DNA of 64,000 nt from Ylistrum balloti. Taxonomy: Eukaryota. Of the stretch, positions 44,353 to 57,420 are shown piece after piece. The first letter of the stretch is position 1, and the number at the start of each line of letters is the position of its first letter. The position numbers and the translations under genes are program-made. The stretch is taken from the NCBI RefSeq assembly GCF_031769215.1, contig NW_026782025.1, positions 868,001 to 932,000 of the forward strand, written 5' to 3'. A model generated the notes under the pieces. The model saw only the letters and a list, made by a program, of their open reading frames with translations, was not told the origin of the DNA and searched no databases.

Positions 44353-45262
44353 GATGTTGGATCCATATCTCTGTTACTGGGCAGGTGAACAGTTGGAACG
44401 TAAACAAGTGGATGCTGATACAGCACTAAAAACAAGCCAGTGTGACCTTATACCAATGGAGTATTTCACTATAACATGGGTTAAGGTCCGTCTCCCGATA
44501 GGACGCCTTTATACTCCTCTGGTGATGTATTTGTGGGTTTGTAAGCTTATTCCATGATTCTGTGTAAATACATTATTTCAAACTCTTTCATTTTATCTGA
44601 GTTATGTGTACCTGCCCTTATTTTGACACCGATACGATATCAAATAGTTCAGAGTAAAGATTTTTGGAAACATTCTGCCAAATGAGCATCCCCAGTGTTA
44701 AAGAAATAAAGAAAAAAAAACAAAAAAAAAAAAACAAAAACAAAAACAAAACTATATGCTACGTTCACTGAAGTAGGTTGTATTGTAATGCAGTTATTAT
44801 CATATATTATTAGCCACAAATGGTTAAAAATAAGATGAAAATGTTATAACATCAAAATCACGAAACGAGAGCAAAATACATTTACGCAGAGCTCCTATAA
44901 AATACAAGGACTATTTAACCACGTGTACAATCCAAGTAAGTAATGTCACGATCTTCGATCTCAAATCAACACCTAATCTAGCACAAAAATCCTTGAAAAT
45001 CGAACACATCTAACCTCATATTTAACTAGGAGATAAAATATTTTCACTTGTGTTTTGACTGTCAAATGCAGTTGTATTTTACAAGACATGATGCAGGGGT
45101 TGTTATTGTATATGACTTGATAACAGATTTTGGTAAATACTTAGGTGAGGTCGATTTTAAAGAGGGCCTAATAGAGAACTAACATTTTTCATAACAAAAA
45201 AATTAAAGAGAACTGATTTTGATAATCAGAGAGCATTCCATTCTGTAGCTTTCACAAAAGAC

Positions 45263-45504
45263 TTTTACCCCACAGCCCGAAAGGGTGTGGGGTATTGCGA
45301 TCACGCACGGCGTCCGTCCGTCCGTCCACAATTGCATACCGCTTATTATCTCAAAAACTACATAACCGGTCATCACCATTTTCACTGGGGATGTTGGGCC
45401 TATGGACCTACACAACTCATTCTTGAGATAACTTTCCACTCACCCCAACCACACATTTCCAACTTTATAATAAGCCTGTGGGGTATTGCCCGCGTTTGCG
45501 GAGC
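45263..45504 (+). mobile_element. Complete short HINE / DINE-1-like non-autonomous Helentron element
   Basis: 5' TTTTACCCCACAGCCC-GAAA-GGGTGTGGGGTA (subterminal repeat plus inverted copy), (GTCC)n microsatellite, 3' GTGGGGTATT then stem-loop GCCCGC-GTTT-GCGGAGC, ending at a T-run. Confidence 0.8.
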
Positions 45505-46312
45505 TTTTTTTCATATTTCAATATGCGGTTGTCAATCTTTAACAAAGAAACTCTGACTACAAAATAAGAATCAGACACGCAACAAAATTGATAATGATTG
45601 AATTGTCATCACGTGTTATATGTCTTCATGAAATGTTCAATCGTAAAGCCTTTGATAATACAATTAGAGTATAATATCATGTTTAAACTATACACACAAC
45701 AATCAAGAAGACCCTTCACCGACAATCATATTAAAGAGCAAATAACTATGTATGTTTAAGGAATTATATTTCCTATTGGTAGACAAGTTACAGATCTAAT
45801 TATTTCAGCATGGAACGTTCAACGAAAATCACTTCTATGTCTGGTGAAAAAAACGTCATGGATATCTTTCTCGGTGTTCGCTGATGTGAGGTTTCCTAAA
45901 CAGGTGTACATTTATTGCAGAATCACCGATTTCGGATTTTTTAGTCTGTTTGATGAGAGATTAGAATGACGTGCTTTGGGTGTTCTCTGAACCTGTAACG
46001 TCATCTACTTCTCACTACCCGCCGGTAGGATTACTTCCGTTGTGGGTTTGGCAACTGCTCGCTTACCTAACATAAATCAGATGGATCTTACGTGATAAGT
46101 AAAAATGTATTATTTATAATTAAGTAATACATGTGATCGTCTAGGTGAGTTTGTGTGTTTCTAGGCTGTGAAGAAATTTGTGAGTTTACTTTGGAGGAAT
46201 GTTCGTAACTCCTTCTAACTACGCCTAATGCATATCAATTATCGTGTCTGGACCGTGTACATTAGCTGTCGCGCACGTCCTTCCGGTGACGAAAGCAAAA
46301 ATGTATTTTTTG

Positions 46313-46319
46313 TATAAAA
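46313..46319 (+). promoter_or_regulatory. Putative TATA box of gene E
   Basis: TATAAAA about 100 nt upstream of the ATG at 46412. Confidence 0.5.
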
Positions 46320-46411
46320 TACCCGTAACTTAAACCAGAAAACAAAATACTGATTTCACTCGGCCATACACAGGTTTTAACCTCTGAGCGGATATTGCTG
46401 AAAACAACGCC

Positions 46412-48546
46412 ATGGTTTTATCAAGAATTCTAGTTTTGTTTCTCATCCTGTGTTTATCCAAAGCTGATGACATATGTCAAGGAAATACTGGTATCCAATG
46501 GATAGCGGATCCCAATGACTGCTCCGTGTTTTATCTCTGTTTTAACTCGTCGTCGTTCAAATACATGTGTCCCGTCAACTCCGTCCGAGATTTTATCACA
46601 AAAGCCTGTGTTCCAAAAGGATCCAGATACGATACATGTAAGTAAGAAAGTTTCCAGAGGATCCCAAAAGGTGCTTCCGTATAATCTATATATTGTAGTA
46701 TCACTTTGTGTGTTAATTTTCTACCCGGCGCAGCGTATGTAATGTAATGTATGTAAATGTATATTAACATGGTATATTATTCTGGAGACGATGCAGATTT
46801 ATCAAATATATATACCTCCTTGCCAATTTGTATCAATTCCAGGAAAAGATTTGAAGTATTGACAGTTAATACATGACTGGTTTGTAGATAGTAATGGAAA
46901 TCTAATCTGGCCGTTATAGTGTTTAATAAGGAAAAGCGAAAGCCGATGTGTCCATAAGATAAGGATACAAGTTTATTATCAAATGATGTCTTCTCATTGG
47001 AGATTAGATAATGTTCGTTATTATCAGAAGTAATACAAGCTAACCAGTAGGACGTATTTCTATATTTATGTTTTTAAAGTATAATGCATGAAGTCTGCTT
47101 TTTAATTGAATGGAAACCTAGTAGCCTGGACGTTGGGATACAGATACATCAATGATATACATACTGTTAAACGTTAAACACAACTTCTGGTGATACAGGT
47201 TGGAGACAACATTCAGATCAATTACTTGCTTTTGGTTCTAGATTCTATATTGTTCCTCCTACCATCAACAGTTTACATTGTTGACAAAAGAGCCATGCCT
47301 CGGTTCTTTTTGTAACGACAAATCTACGACGACAACGTGTTTTGTTCCGGATTACATAAACAGTTAAATAATCCGATATCCAATTTGCTTCTGAAAGAAA
47401 AATTAGCCGATAAGTTTCTGATATGTTTAAGTAGTGAACCAGGATTCTTTGTTTTGAACTATACATCTACGACCTCGAAAGGTTATCGACGTTATCGACT
47501 GTTTTTCTATTAATTATCCTGTATGAAGCTTGTTATTTAAAGAAAAAGTAGCCGATAAGTTTCAAGTGTGTTAGATAATGAATCATATATTAAAACGTTT
47601 GAATCGTTTAGAAGCTTTGCAATGCTGACTCTTTCAAACGCATATGCGGCAGTGTCAACAAAATGGCGACTGGTCGAGAAGCAAGCGATTGGGGTATAAC
47701 AGCATATATTTCGGGAAGTAAAACTTGTACAATGTCCCTGTTTGGTCTCATCATTTAACTTATTCATTATGCAATCATATAAGTTGTTGTATTGTCGCTA
47801 AGGTCTTTAACATTTGTAAAAATCTTATTTACTTCTTAAATTTGTTTCGGTTTGCCATTTAACTTATTAGTGTAAAAGACGTTGATCCATGCGATGTTTT
47901 AACACATCAGGTACCAAGAAAGAGGAAACAATCTGTTCACCTGATGATATATTAAAACCACATCCGACCGGAAACTGTGCTAAATACATCGATTGTGAGA
48001 TGATGCTGACCAGGTCTGCTGACTTCAGAACCGCAACCAAGGAATGTGACTACCCTCTATTGTTTGATGAAGACTCTGGACGCTGCCAGATTCCGGAAAC
48101 AGCCGAGTGTGGAACTCGCTCCGTCCCTAAAAATCCATGTAAGTAAACGTTTACGAAGATGGGTGTCTCCAATGAATGTGTCTAAAGTAGTATCGCTGTA
48201 TGTGTTTTGTGATTTATCATTGGAAAAATAACAAAACCGTCTTACTCTACAAATACTAGATGTTTAAGGAATTGATCCTAGATTAATACCCAGCGAGTTT
48301 AACACTATCCCTGTTGTAGGTGAATACGAGGCTAACCAATGTCAGCGAGGTCACTGTATCCCTTGTTACATCCGGTTTCCTAGCTGTGACGGACTTCCAG
48401 ATGGTCTGAATGCCTGGAAAGGACGGGAAGATTCGCCCTACTACGTCGTCTGTAAGAAAGAACGTGTAGTGTACCATGGACAATGTTCCAATGAGGAAAA
48501 GACTCAGTTGTTTGACCCGGAGGAACGCGTATGTAAGGCCCAGTAG
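46412..48546 (+). CDS. Gene E: secreted triple CBM14-like chitin-binding protein, 226 aa
   Basis: Exons 46412-46637, 47911-48138 and 48320-48546 with phase-1 GT-AG introns, 681 nt. Exon 3 (EYEANQCQRGHCIPCYIRFPSCDGLPDGLNAWKGREDSPYYVVCKKERVVYHGQCSNEEKTQLFDPEERVCKAQ*) is not in the ORF track. Signal MVLSRILVLFLILCLSKA. Confidence 0.93.
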
Positions 48547-49839
48547 CGTTCATACTTCACTATTCTGTCCTACATTTTGTCATTCTTTGTCATGTTCTTT
48601 TTCGCTTTTATCGAACACATCAATCTATATATTGTCATCGTTATTTTGAAATATATTCATTAAAAATCAGATGTTGTGTTCTTGTTCCAATGATGACAGT
48701 AAAAACCGGTTGAATAAAAAGACAGGTGTATTCCGATCCTGGGGAAGTGTTCCTTGTATACTTTGTGAGGGGATCTCGATTTTGCTACGAAAACCTCTTT
48801 CTTACAGGGGTAGGGACTGCTGGCAAGTGCTATGACTCACTGTAGGTTTATGTTGCATAATCACAGGTGCTAGCCTTTTCTGTCAATACACTCATTGTAG
48901 AAAAATGGAAATGAGAAAATTGAACAACCTAATCAACTCCGAGTATTGGGAAGTTTAGACAATCGAGATCATGTTTACAAAAGCTGAAAGTCATTTCGTT
49001 CTGAGCAATTATGACAGGGAAACGACATGAAACTGATCCTTCTAACACCACAACGAAGCCGAATGACGTACATGTCGCGTCAGGGGCTCGGCGACTTATT
49101 TCAAGGACACCTGTCTGACTAGCTTACATTTGGCGATGCTTGGTGAAGTCTGATTACTTTTTTACGGCATTATGGCATTATTGTGTTCTGTTGATTAAGA
49201 TATCGTGAATCAAGCGAAAGATTCTAGACATCGCGGTCGTTCTGCTAGACTGACGGAGTAACAAACCGTTATCCTACAATGAGTGTGTTGACAAACCTCA
49301 ACGATTTCCGAGCTGTTACGATCTTGTGCTGCTAGCCAAATTTTTACATATGTGTTGAGATATCCTTGTTCTATTAATCTATCTGCTTACCAATGTAAGT
49401 GATTTCTTTGTCCTTCGGGGATATGATCGGAGAGTTCAAGGCCAAAGGTGTAGAAATCCGAAGGTAGTCGGAAAAGATCAAAGAAGACAGAGGAAGATAA
49501 ATTTAAACTGTATTAGAATCAATTTTAAGCATGAGGTTACAGCCAAACAAGGTACCAACGGTCCACATTTAGAATTCCGGAAGTTATTTTCACTCGCGAT
49601 AAACAGTTCAAATATACAACATTTAGAGGTCGACATCAGCAAATAGTTTACAGTTCTTTGCATTAGGTAAAAGGAAATATGCTATTTCAGTATCATAGTT
49701 TACAACCCTATGCATTAGGTAAAAGGAACCACATTAGAGTTCCTTCCACTCAGAAACACAAAGAACATACTAACATATCACATCATAATAACTTAAACTC
49801 AAAGTAAACGTAACCAGAATAAAACAAAAGAAAGACTAA

Positions 49840-50400
49840 CACGGATATTCATGGTTAAGCACAAGGAGAAAAAGATAAGGTGTTCCGGAAGATTGAGCGT
49901 CATCTGTTTCATCAACGACATCCGCCAATAATGTTTGGTAAAAAAAACGAGCTTCAAACACGTCCAGCTTCATATCGCACGATGAAAGAGAATATTGCTC
50001 AACAAGATGAATATGACGACCGCAAAACTTCCTCATAGTTTTTTTTTTATCAACCTGCATTTTTTAAAAGCCTTTGTCACGAGTTTGTAAACCATTTGTT
50101 GCCCGAAAATCGCGACAATGGAACTTAGGCCTTTGAAAATCGGATAAGACGCGATATGTAAACACCATAGGTTGGAGATGCTTCTATCCAGAAATGGCAA
50201 ATTCTAGTGGCAACTGAAATTATCTTGCCTATAATACAGCTTCGTGGAACGATGTCCATGCTGGTTTCGTCATAGGAAATGATTAGCCAACAGAGGAGTA
50301 CAGTTAGTTTCCATAAGTACTCCAAACATCTGTTGGAAGATCTTACCATCAAACTCGACGAAGATGTTGTCAATCAGAATTTCGTTCATTTTTATGATTT
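49840..50400 (-). mobile_element. Penelope-like retroelement 3' remnant
   Basis: Minus frames give ASPTYGVYISRLIRFSKA and MRKFCGRHIHLVEQYSLS, matching the recalled C-terminal part of molluscan Penelope-like RTs (PAYGVYISQLIRY..; KFYGR..DL..Y). These are followed by the GGCGGATG..GACGCT..TCTTCCGGA.CACCT 3' motif. Multiple stops and frameshifts. Confidence 0.7.
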
Positions 50401-50589
50401 CGTCCGCTTCGATTTGGGCGTATTTTTCATGAAATATGCTTCGGAAATGTAGGAAATGATAAATATTGAAACAAAAGGAACAACGTTGTTTATTATTTAA
50501 TTCTCATTTATTATAAAACAATTTTGCACATTAAAGACATTGAAGATACCATCTCGTACCAATCAACAACAAATAAATTAATCCTCTTT

Positions 50590-52906
50590 TTATTTATATA
50601 ACATAGTTACATCCTTTACGTCAACGCATTGTTTCTTGACGGGATCGAACACATAACTCCCAGCACTGCTGGCGTCCAATGTACACTTAGACTGGAAAGT
50701 TAGGCGTTCCTTGTAACATGTGATGAAATATGGTGTCCATTCCCGTCCTTTCCAGGGATTGGGGCCGTCATCTGCACCTTCACAGCTGGGAAATCTAACC
50801 TCACACGGCACACAGTGAGAGGACAAACCACATTGGTAGGCGTCGTAGTCACCTGAAGAGAGTAATATGTGATTTTTTTTATTGGGAGAAAGAGAATATC
50901 AAATTCTGTATAAAAGTCAAGGCCGTTACCTTTACGTCTACGATTTCCACCCGATCTCAATTACTAAATATCACCTGGTGAAAATCTTATATTTTTGTCA
51001 TAGATTCGTCTCTTTAAAAAACCGTTTGATTTCCCCAATGCAATTTTTAAGCCAATAGTTTGGCCTTCTTTACACTCATTGTTTCCTTGCAAACGTAACG
51101 GAACATTTTTCAAATATTTGAAACAGAATTTTGATTTTGCAATACAACTAAACAGGTTATTATTCAAAACGAAAAATTAAAGTATTTCTAAACATCTATG
51201 AAAATGATTTTAAAAGTCAATTTCTTCTATGTCGCTAAGTATGACAATTCAAAAATGAAGTTAATGAAACGATAAAAAAAACGGGAAATGATACCATGCG
51301 ACAACTACAATACACTTATATATCCTTAAAGAAGGGAATGTTTTCTGGAACGAATAACTTGATAGCCAATAGACGGAAATTCTAGAAATGTTTAGAAAAC
51401 GAAACAATAAGACGGGTTGATTTTAAAAACAAGTGAATTAATTAACAAGGCGTTTCATGTATGTATTTAAGACATATCAATTTAAGAAATTGCAAAAATT
51501 ACTCCGTATGTTTATTTTCCTTAAAACGTGTTTCAATTTGTGTAAGGTTAAATATAACTTGTATCGAATACACGCACACGTTTTCACAAGCGATGTAAAA
51601 TAGCGTTTTAAAAAGGTGTCAATCTTCTCTCATTTACTTATCTATCGACATAACGGATCACCTCTCACGAGTCTGTCCTACAGGTATCACATAAAAATAG
51701 TACCTGCTGTCCCAATAGTAATTGTAAGAGATTACTACATTTGGAGTATCTAAATTTCTATTTTCTTAAAGTTTTTCCTCTTTCTTATGCCTCAATTGAC
51801 AATATTCACATTTTGCTACTAAGCTGGGGGTCCTGTGAGGAATACTTTGGGTTCTGTACTCTGGCCGAGACATACCCAGTATTGAGGTAGAGTTATGACT
51901 GATTTAACCGTTGTCGGTATAGTGTGACCGTTTAGGGTGTCCTGCTGGGAACATTTAGTGTGGTAGCAATATTAAGTCGGCTTCTGTTCCGCACTGTCAC
52001 AGGGAAACATTCACGTACATGCCGCAGCCTCCCAAAATCACACGCATGCAATACATTCACTCAACTCCCAGAGAGACCGTCTTTAAACGGCACTGACTGC
52101 TTAAAAGACATCAAAGAATATAAACAAAACAGTCTTTCATCGGACAAGGTAAGAAAGCACTGAATAATCTCCTACAAATGGAGACCTCATTTAAAGTCTT
52201 GTTTCACTTACAGCCAACCCCTTAATTGCATAGCCAGCCCTCATACAAATACCACAGCATTGTCAAGACTTACATGGTGATTTGGGTTCCTTCCTGTTCT
52301 CACACTGGACTTTATCATGGTGCTGGCATTGTTCTGTAGTGACGTCATAGAGCTGAGGATAAGGACATTCATTGACATTTGGGACACCGGAGTGACAGTC
52401 CACGTACTTGGCACAGTTAGAGTGGGGCAGTCTGTCCTTGGGAGTTGACTGGCACACAGTCTGAGTGTGTATTACGGCCAATCCTCCCAGTGGTGGCTTT
52501 CCCTGGTCGACAGTTGGTTTAACTTGGGTCGTGTCGGGTTTCCCTTGGACAGAGTCCGTTTTACCCTGGTCTACAGTTGGCTTTACTTCATCAACATTTA
52601 CTTTTCCTTGATCGACTTCCGGTTTTCCTTTCTTACCTTTATAAGAGAATCAATAGACACATGTTGTGAGTCGTAACTAAAGCAACAAATGTAAAATAAT
52701 ACATGGCCTTCCGCGGATGTAAAGTTTGTCTCTCGGCAAGCGAAATCAAATGTTCGATATGATGATAAAAATAGGAAAACAATGGAATAAAAAAAAGTAA
52801 AAAAAAGATACTTCATATTCAAATAACTGAATTTGATCACCTTTTAGATTGATGATAATTGGTTTGTATTATAGTGTCCCTTAGTTAAAGATGTAACAAA
52901 CCACAA

Positions 52907-52951
<45 letters not shown>

Positions 52952-53415
52952 TATAATAAAGGTTATTGAACAGGTACTTGACACCGGATTACGTTGTCTT
53001 ATAATTAATTGCTTGTGTTATAATGAATATCAAGGCAAAATTATCATATTAATTTTTCATGTTTGTTTATCATTGACTAGTTGCGAATGGTTATACAGGC
53101 AGGGGAATGAATTTCACAAAATTAGACTATGAAATATTACAAAGGGGCGCTAGAGAGTTATATTAAGTGACTGTTAATATCTTTATCATACTTACATGTG
53201 TCAAGTCGGGACCCTTTCGGAACGCACGCGCGGCTCACAACATCTGTCACCGTGTTTGTTGGACAAGTATATTTAAATTCCATTCCATGAAAACAAACGT
53301 AAAAGCTGGAACAATCATTTGGATCTGTTAACCATCTTGACCCCTTCACATCTCTACAGTGATCTTCTGCAAACGCAACGGAGACGCAGATCGCGAACAA
53401 ACTTATAAACAACAT
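50590..53415 (-). CDS. Gene F: secreted triple CBM14-like chitin-binding protein, 281 aa, with a DQGK-repeat linker
   Basis: Minus-strand exons 53415-53196, 52636-52274 and 50852-50590 with phase-1 GT-AG introns, 846 nt. Signal MLFISLFAICVSVAFA; DPNDCSSFYVC; NCAKYVDC..ECPYPQLYD; DYDAYQC..CVPC..RFPSCEGADDG..TPYFITC..VFDPVKKQC. Confidence 0.92.
51825..52130 (+). mobile_element. Degenerate tRNA-derived SINE in gene F intron 2
   Basis: GGCCGAGACATACC, a central AGTGTGGTAGCAATATTAAGTCGGC box and a 3' AAACAAAAC tail resemble recalled bivalve SINE superfamilies. Not verified. Confidence 0.4.
52912..52946. repeat. (TA)n microsatellite in gene F intron 1
   Basis: About 17 TA units seen directly. Confidence 0.95.
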
Positions 53416-53488
53416 ATTTGATGACTTGAATCTTCTGTGTCTGTGGTGTTTTCTGGGGGCTGTTGTGGACACTGAGTCGGGTAGAACG

Positions 53489-53496
53489 TATTTATA
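53489..53496 (-). promoter_or_regulatory. Putative TATA box of gene F
   Basis: TATAAATA on the minus strand ~75 nt upstream of the ATG at 53415, with TCAGT downstream at 53475-53471. Confidence 0.55.
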
Positions 53497-55519
53497 GCGT
53501 CAGACGCCTTTGTTTTGAGAAGCCAAATGAATGTTTATCACAAGAAACACCAAAGGCGTGAGGTGTAAGAGATAATGTCGAGAGAACATTTGGATGCCGC
53601 CGCTCCTGTATGATTAAGTAGACGAGTCAATAAAGACGAAAGGAATTTTTCAGATAGTCCATCCATACCGGACATACCAGGGGTCACTGTAGGGTCATAG
53701 TCACATCCGTACCTCAATAGATCAAGTAATCCATCGTGTATTACTACAGAAAACACACAGGAAAGCCGACTCAGACATACCTTTAAAAACTCGTACAAGT
53801 TGTTTTCCTTGTCGAGCCGTGTCTAAATAGTGATGATAAAGCACATGTCGCGTGCCAGGAATCTGTCGGTAGGGTAGATACCCCTCACGTGCGTGGATAA
53901 CTCGTCTTCATCAGTGTCCATTCCTACAGCAGCAGTAAACAGGATCCGGATGGGCATATTGCTTGTATGATGATAGGAATTAAGATAAATGTAGACATCC
54001 GCGACACATAAACTTATATAACGGTGACATGTTGTGTGTTTAAGTTACGATGCCGAGCGTTGACCCCACGGTACAAACATTTCAATAAAATTATAGGTTT
54101 GAAAAAAAGAAAGAAAGAAGAAAAAAGCATTTGAACAACGTTTTATTTTCCTAAAGCATTTCCATTTCAATTATCAAAGTATTTCATATCTTTATTCTTT
54201 ACAAAACCCATAACACTGGTATGTTAAAACTAGCCACACTTGATAGCTTCTCTGTAACAATAGCTCTACATACATTCTGTTTTCTACATTGTATTCGTCC
54301 GTCACTTTCTGTTACTCCAAATCTTTACTGATTACACTAATACATAGCAATATACACGAAAATCATAAAGAAAAATTAATAGGTCACCGTCAGAAAAATG
54401 CTTTCATTGAAGCAATGATAAAAAGCTAAAACATTCACCGATTAAGGCCAGGATGGAAGCGGGCATTAGAGCATAATGCAAGAGGAAACCGGACTACACA
54501 GGTAAAATTCTAGGCCGGCCAAGATATACTATATTTATACAGACTGGTCAGAAATCTGTCATGCCAAGTTCTATTCTTGAAGGTGTGCTATGAATCCTTT
54601 AACCTTATGCTGTTTTCAAAGGTTTGCAATGTCTGTCCGTCCTGGTAATTGTGTCGCCCTTTTGGTACTAATGTTGTTATGAATATTCGGAGAGCTCAAC
54701 GAGGACCATATGCATCTTATCTGACTAGTATTTTCCAGCATATTCATCACAGGGGAGGGTTGACGGCTGGGGACACTTAATTTAAAACGGATAGAACACG
54801 AAAATTATCATCGCTTGGCAGAACCTTTTGAGCTGTTTAGACTGTTTTTGTTGTATTCTACAGATGTACAAAGGACTCGTTATATCGTTATTTATGAACA
54901 GCGGTCATGAAGTAATGATAGACAAAGCAGATTAGTAAATGTTTCGACAACATTTCACGAAAGAGACAAGATAAGGAGATTTCACCTTCCTAAAACTTTC
55001 GCCATATTGTCGATATCTAGCTGTAAACGGAGTGCTTCAAAGCAATCATGATTGTAAAGCTAGATTTACCTACAACCGAAACCTTTTTCAAAGCCAGACG
55101 CATACGTTTATATTTACGTGAAGCCCGGCATATATTGTGTATTCTTTAGACATTACCATATTTCGAAATTATTCGCATGGGTGATCTCCACGGCTGGTGG
55201 TTTCCTGACACGTGCATCTCCGTAATGCGCACCACCTTTATGATTCAGAAGTGGTCGCTAGAAACATAATTTTCTATTTACCTTGGTATCTTCTTAATGT
55301 TTTCTTCAGATGATTTTGTTTGAGTATTTCAGGTTGTCTTGGAATAAAAAACATGTACACCAATCTTACTTGCTTTGGGTTCCTAAAAATCCCTTTCGAC
55401 TATGTTTATCGCCAGTTTTTTGGTGACTCAAAGAGCAGGAAACCTCGTACTACCGACCGTCTAGTGCATGTCCGAAGTACAGTAAATGAAAAGTTGGTTT
55501 TAGGAATTCTAAAGCGCTT

Positions 55520-55650
55520 TTGATTTACCGGCACCATCGATTCTTAAATAACATGTTAAAACGACATTGTGAGAGTGAATTTCTAGTTGACAATGTGTTT
55601 CAACAGGCTACAAGCGTACCCATGGGAGTAAAGTATTCTTCTTTAGATCT
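55520..55650 (+). mobile_element. Penelope-like RT remnant
   Basis: EFLVDNVFQQATSVPMG resembles the recalled EFLIDN..VFQQ..GIPMG motif, with an internal deletion. Confidence 0.45.
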
Positions 55651-55924
55651 TCTTTGGAAAATGGAATCTTTCCAAAACAGATGGGAAAAAACATTATCCA
55701 TGCCTTTATTTAAAAATGTGGATAAACATGAACTTTCGAATGTGGTATATGTTTTGTTTTCTGTCATATATAAGAAGCCTTCGATTTTGTGTGGCACAAT
55801 TGGTTGAAGTTGAAACCAAGAAATAACGGTATTTCGGGTAAATAATTTGATTGGTTAGATAATTGTATTAGTGCTAGCCAGCATAAGTTGCTGATACTAA
55901 ATCCTTAGTTAAAGCTACCAATGT

Positions 55925-56130
55925 CGGAGTTCTTCAAGGCTCGGTATTAGGGCCTCTATTATTTATACTAATGATATAGCCAATAACTTTGGAGTTTGTC
56001 AAATATTTACAAATGACATTTCTTACATAACTTTGATACCTCTCCTGAAACCATTGAAACAACGATTAATAATGAATTAAGCCTTTAGGTTGATCCTACT
56101 AAAACAGAGGCATTAATTATTTCAAATTCT
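55925..56130 (+). mobile_element. CR1/L2-group LINE reverse-transcriptase remnant
   Basis: GVLQGSVLGPLLF, then after a frameshift TNDIA..IFTNDI (cf. YINDL..LFADDT) and ..TKTEALII. Contains stops and frameshifts. Confidence 0.65.
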
Positions 56131-56699
56131 TAGGTATAATTTTATATAATAGAAATTACATTTACTAATGCAAGGTAAATAAATACATATTTGAATTCAA
56201 AAAGTTTTTATTTAGACTCAAAAGATAATTTTTTGAATTAAAAAAATTATCACTTGATAAAAAAAAAATGATATTTTGACTTCAAATAAGAACATTCAGA
56301 ATTAATGGATATTCTTAATTCAAATGATACTTAATAAATGAAAATCATGCATTTTTTAATCATAATGAAATTAATTCAAAAATATTTTTCGAACTGACTG
56401 ACATTTTCAGCTTTAAATTTTAAATCAGTGCTTTTGGAATTCACCTCATTAGGATAGTATCTGATAAAGTAACGGAAGTGTTCGTAGTGTTATATACCTA
56501 CATGCCAAATATAATCAAAATCCAAGAATATTGAAATTTCCCCACAGTAGTCCCCCTTCAAGAACAGTTCTCTTGTTCAAATGGAAAACGAAATTTAGAT
56601 ATTATCAGATTTTCGTGAACATAGGTATATAGATGTTGTCTGACATGACAAAACACAACGGTCACCTGTAAAACAAAAGTGTACACAACAAGGCATCGA

Positions 56700-57420
56700 G
56701 GAGAAATTATATATCATGTTTCAGAAATAAAGTTCCAGTACTTCACAAGAAATAACCATAACAAACTTCAATTGTCAAAATCCAAGGTGGCCACCTGTCG
56801 GCCACTTTGTTTCACTGATAAGTTATGAAATCGAATAGATACAAATATGGTCACTGGGAAACATACACATTAAGTTCAAGATATATTCCTATAGTACTTC
56901 TCAAGAATTAGGGACAACAATCTTCAACTTTCAAAATCCAAGGTGGCCACCTGTCGGCCATTTTGTTTTACTTATTAGTTACAAAATCGAACAGATACAA
57001 GTATGGTCACTGGGAAACATGCACATTAAATTCAAAATATATTTCCCTAGTACTTCTCAAGAAATAGCGATAACAATATTCAACTGTCAAAATTCAAAAT
57101 GGTCATCTGTCGGCCATTTGGCTTCCCTGATCAATGATGAAAATTAATAGGCACAACTAAAGGCCATGGAAACATACACATGAGATTCTAGAAAAATTCC
57201 TCTGATATTTCTTAAGAAATAGCGATAACAATTTTCTACTTCCAAAATCCATGATAGGTACTTGACGTTAATTTTGTTTCACTTGTGACGCCTGAGAAAT
57301 ATAACTCCAATAGAACAAGGATTGTTTACGGACGAACAGACGACGGATGTACAGACGACAGATAAACGACTGACGAACACCGATTTGAACAGCCCGTCAT
57401 CTGATGATGAAAGGATAAAA
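56700..57420 (-). mobile_element. HINE/pearl(CvA)-like element with ~4 internal 156-bp repeats and a GACG-type microsatellite
   Basis: CAAAATCCAAGGTGGCCACCTGTCGGCCA units at ~56781, 56937, 57093 and 57248 (period 155-156). Degenerate (GACG/GACA)n at 57325-57378 and terminal AGCCCGTCATCTGATGATG. The left boundary is uncertain. Confidence 0.75.

Noticed and set aside
42568-44557. Many overlapping ORFs up to 302 aa, some His/Cys-rich
   Set aside because: Artefacts of the 78-bp (26-codon) array, with frames switching at unit indels.
53416-53472. His/Arg-rich N-terminal extension of gene F (MSTTAPRKHHRHRR)
   Set aside because: It begins at GTG just downstream of the TATA box, so it is probably 5' UTR. 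The ATG at 53415 begins the signal peptide, and exon length (220) matches gene G.
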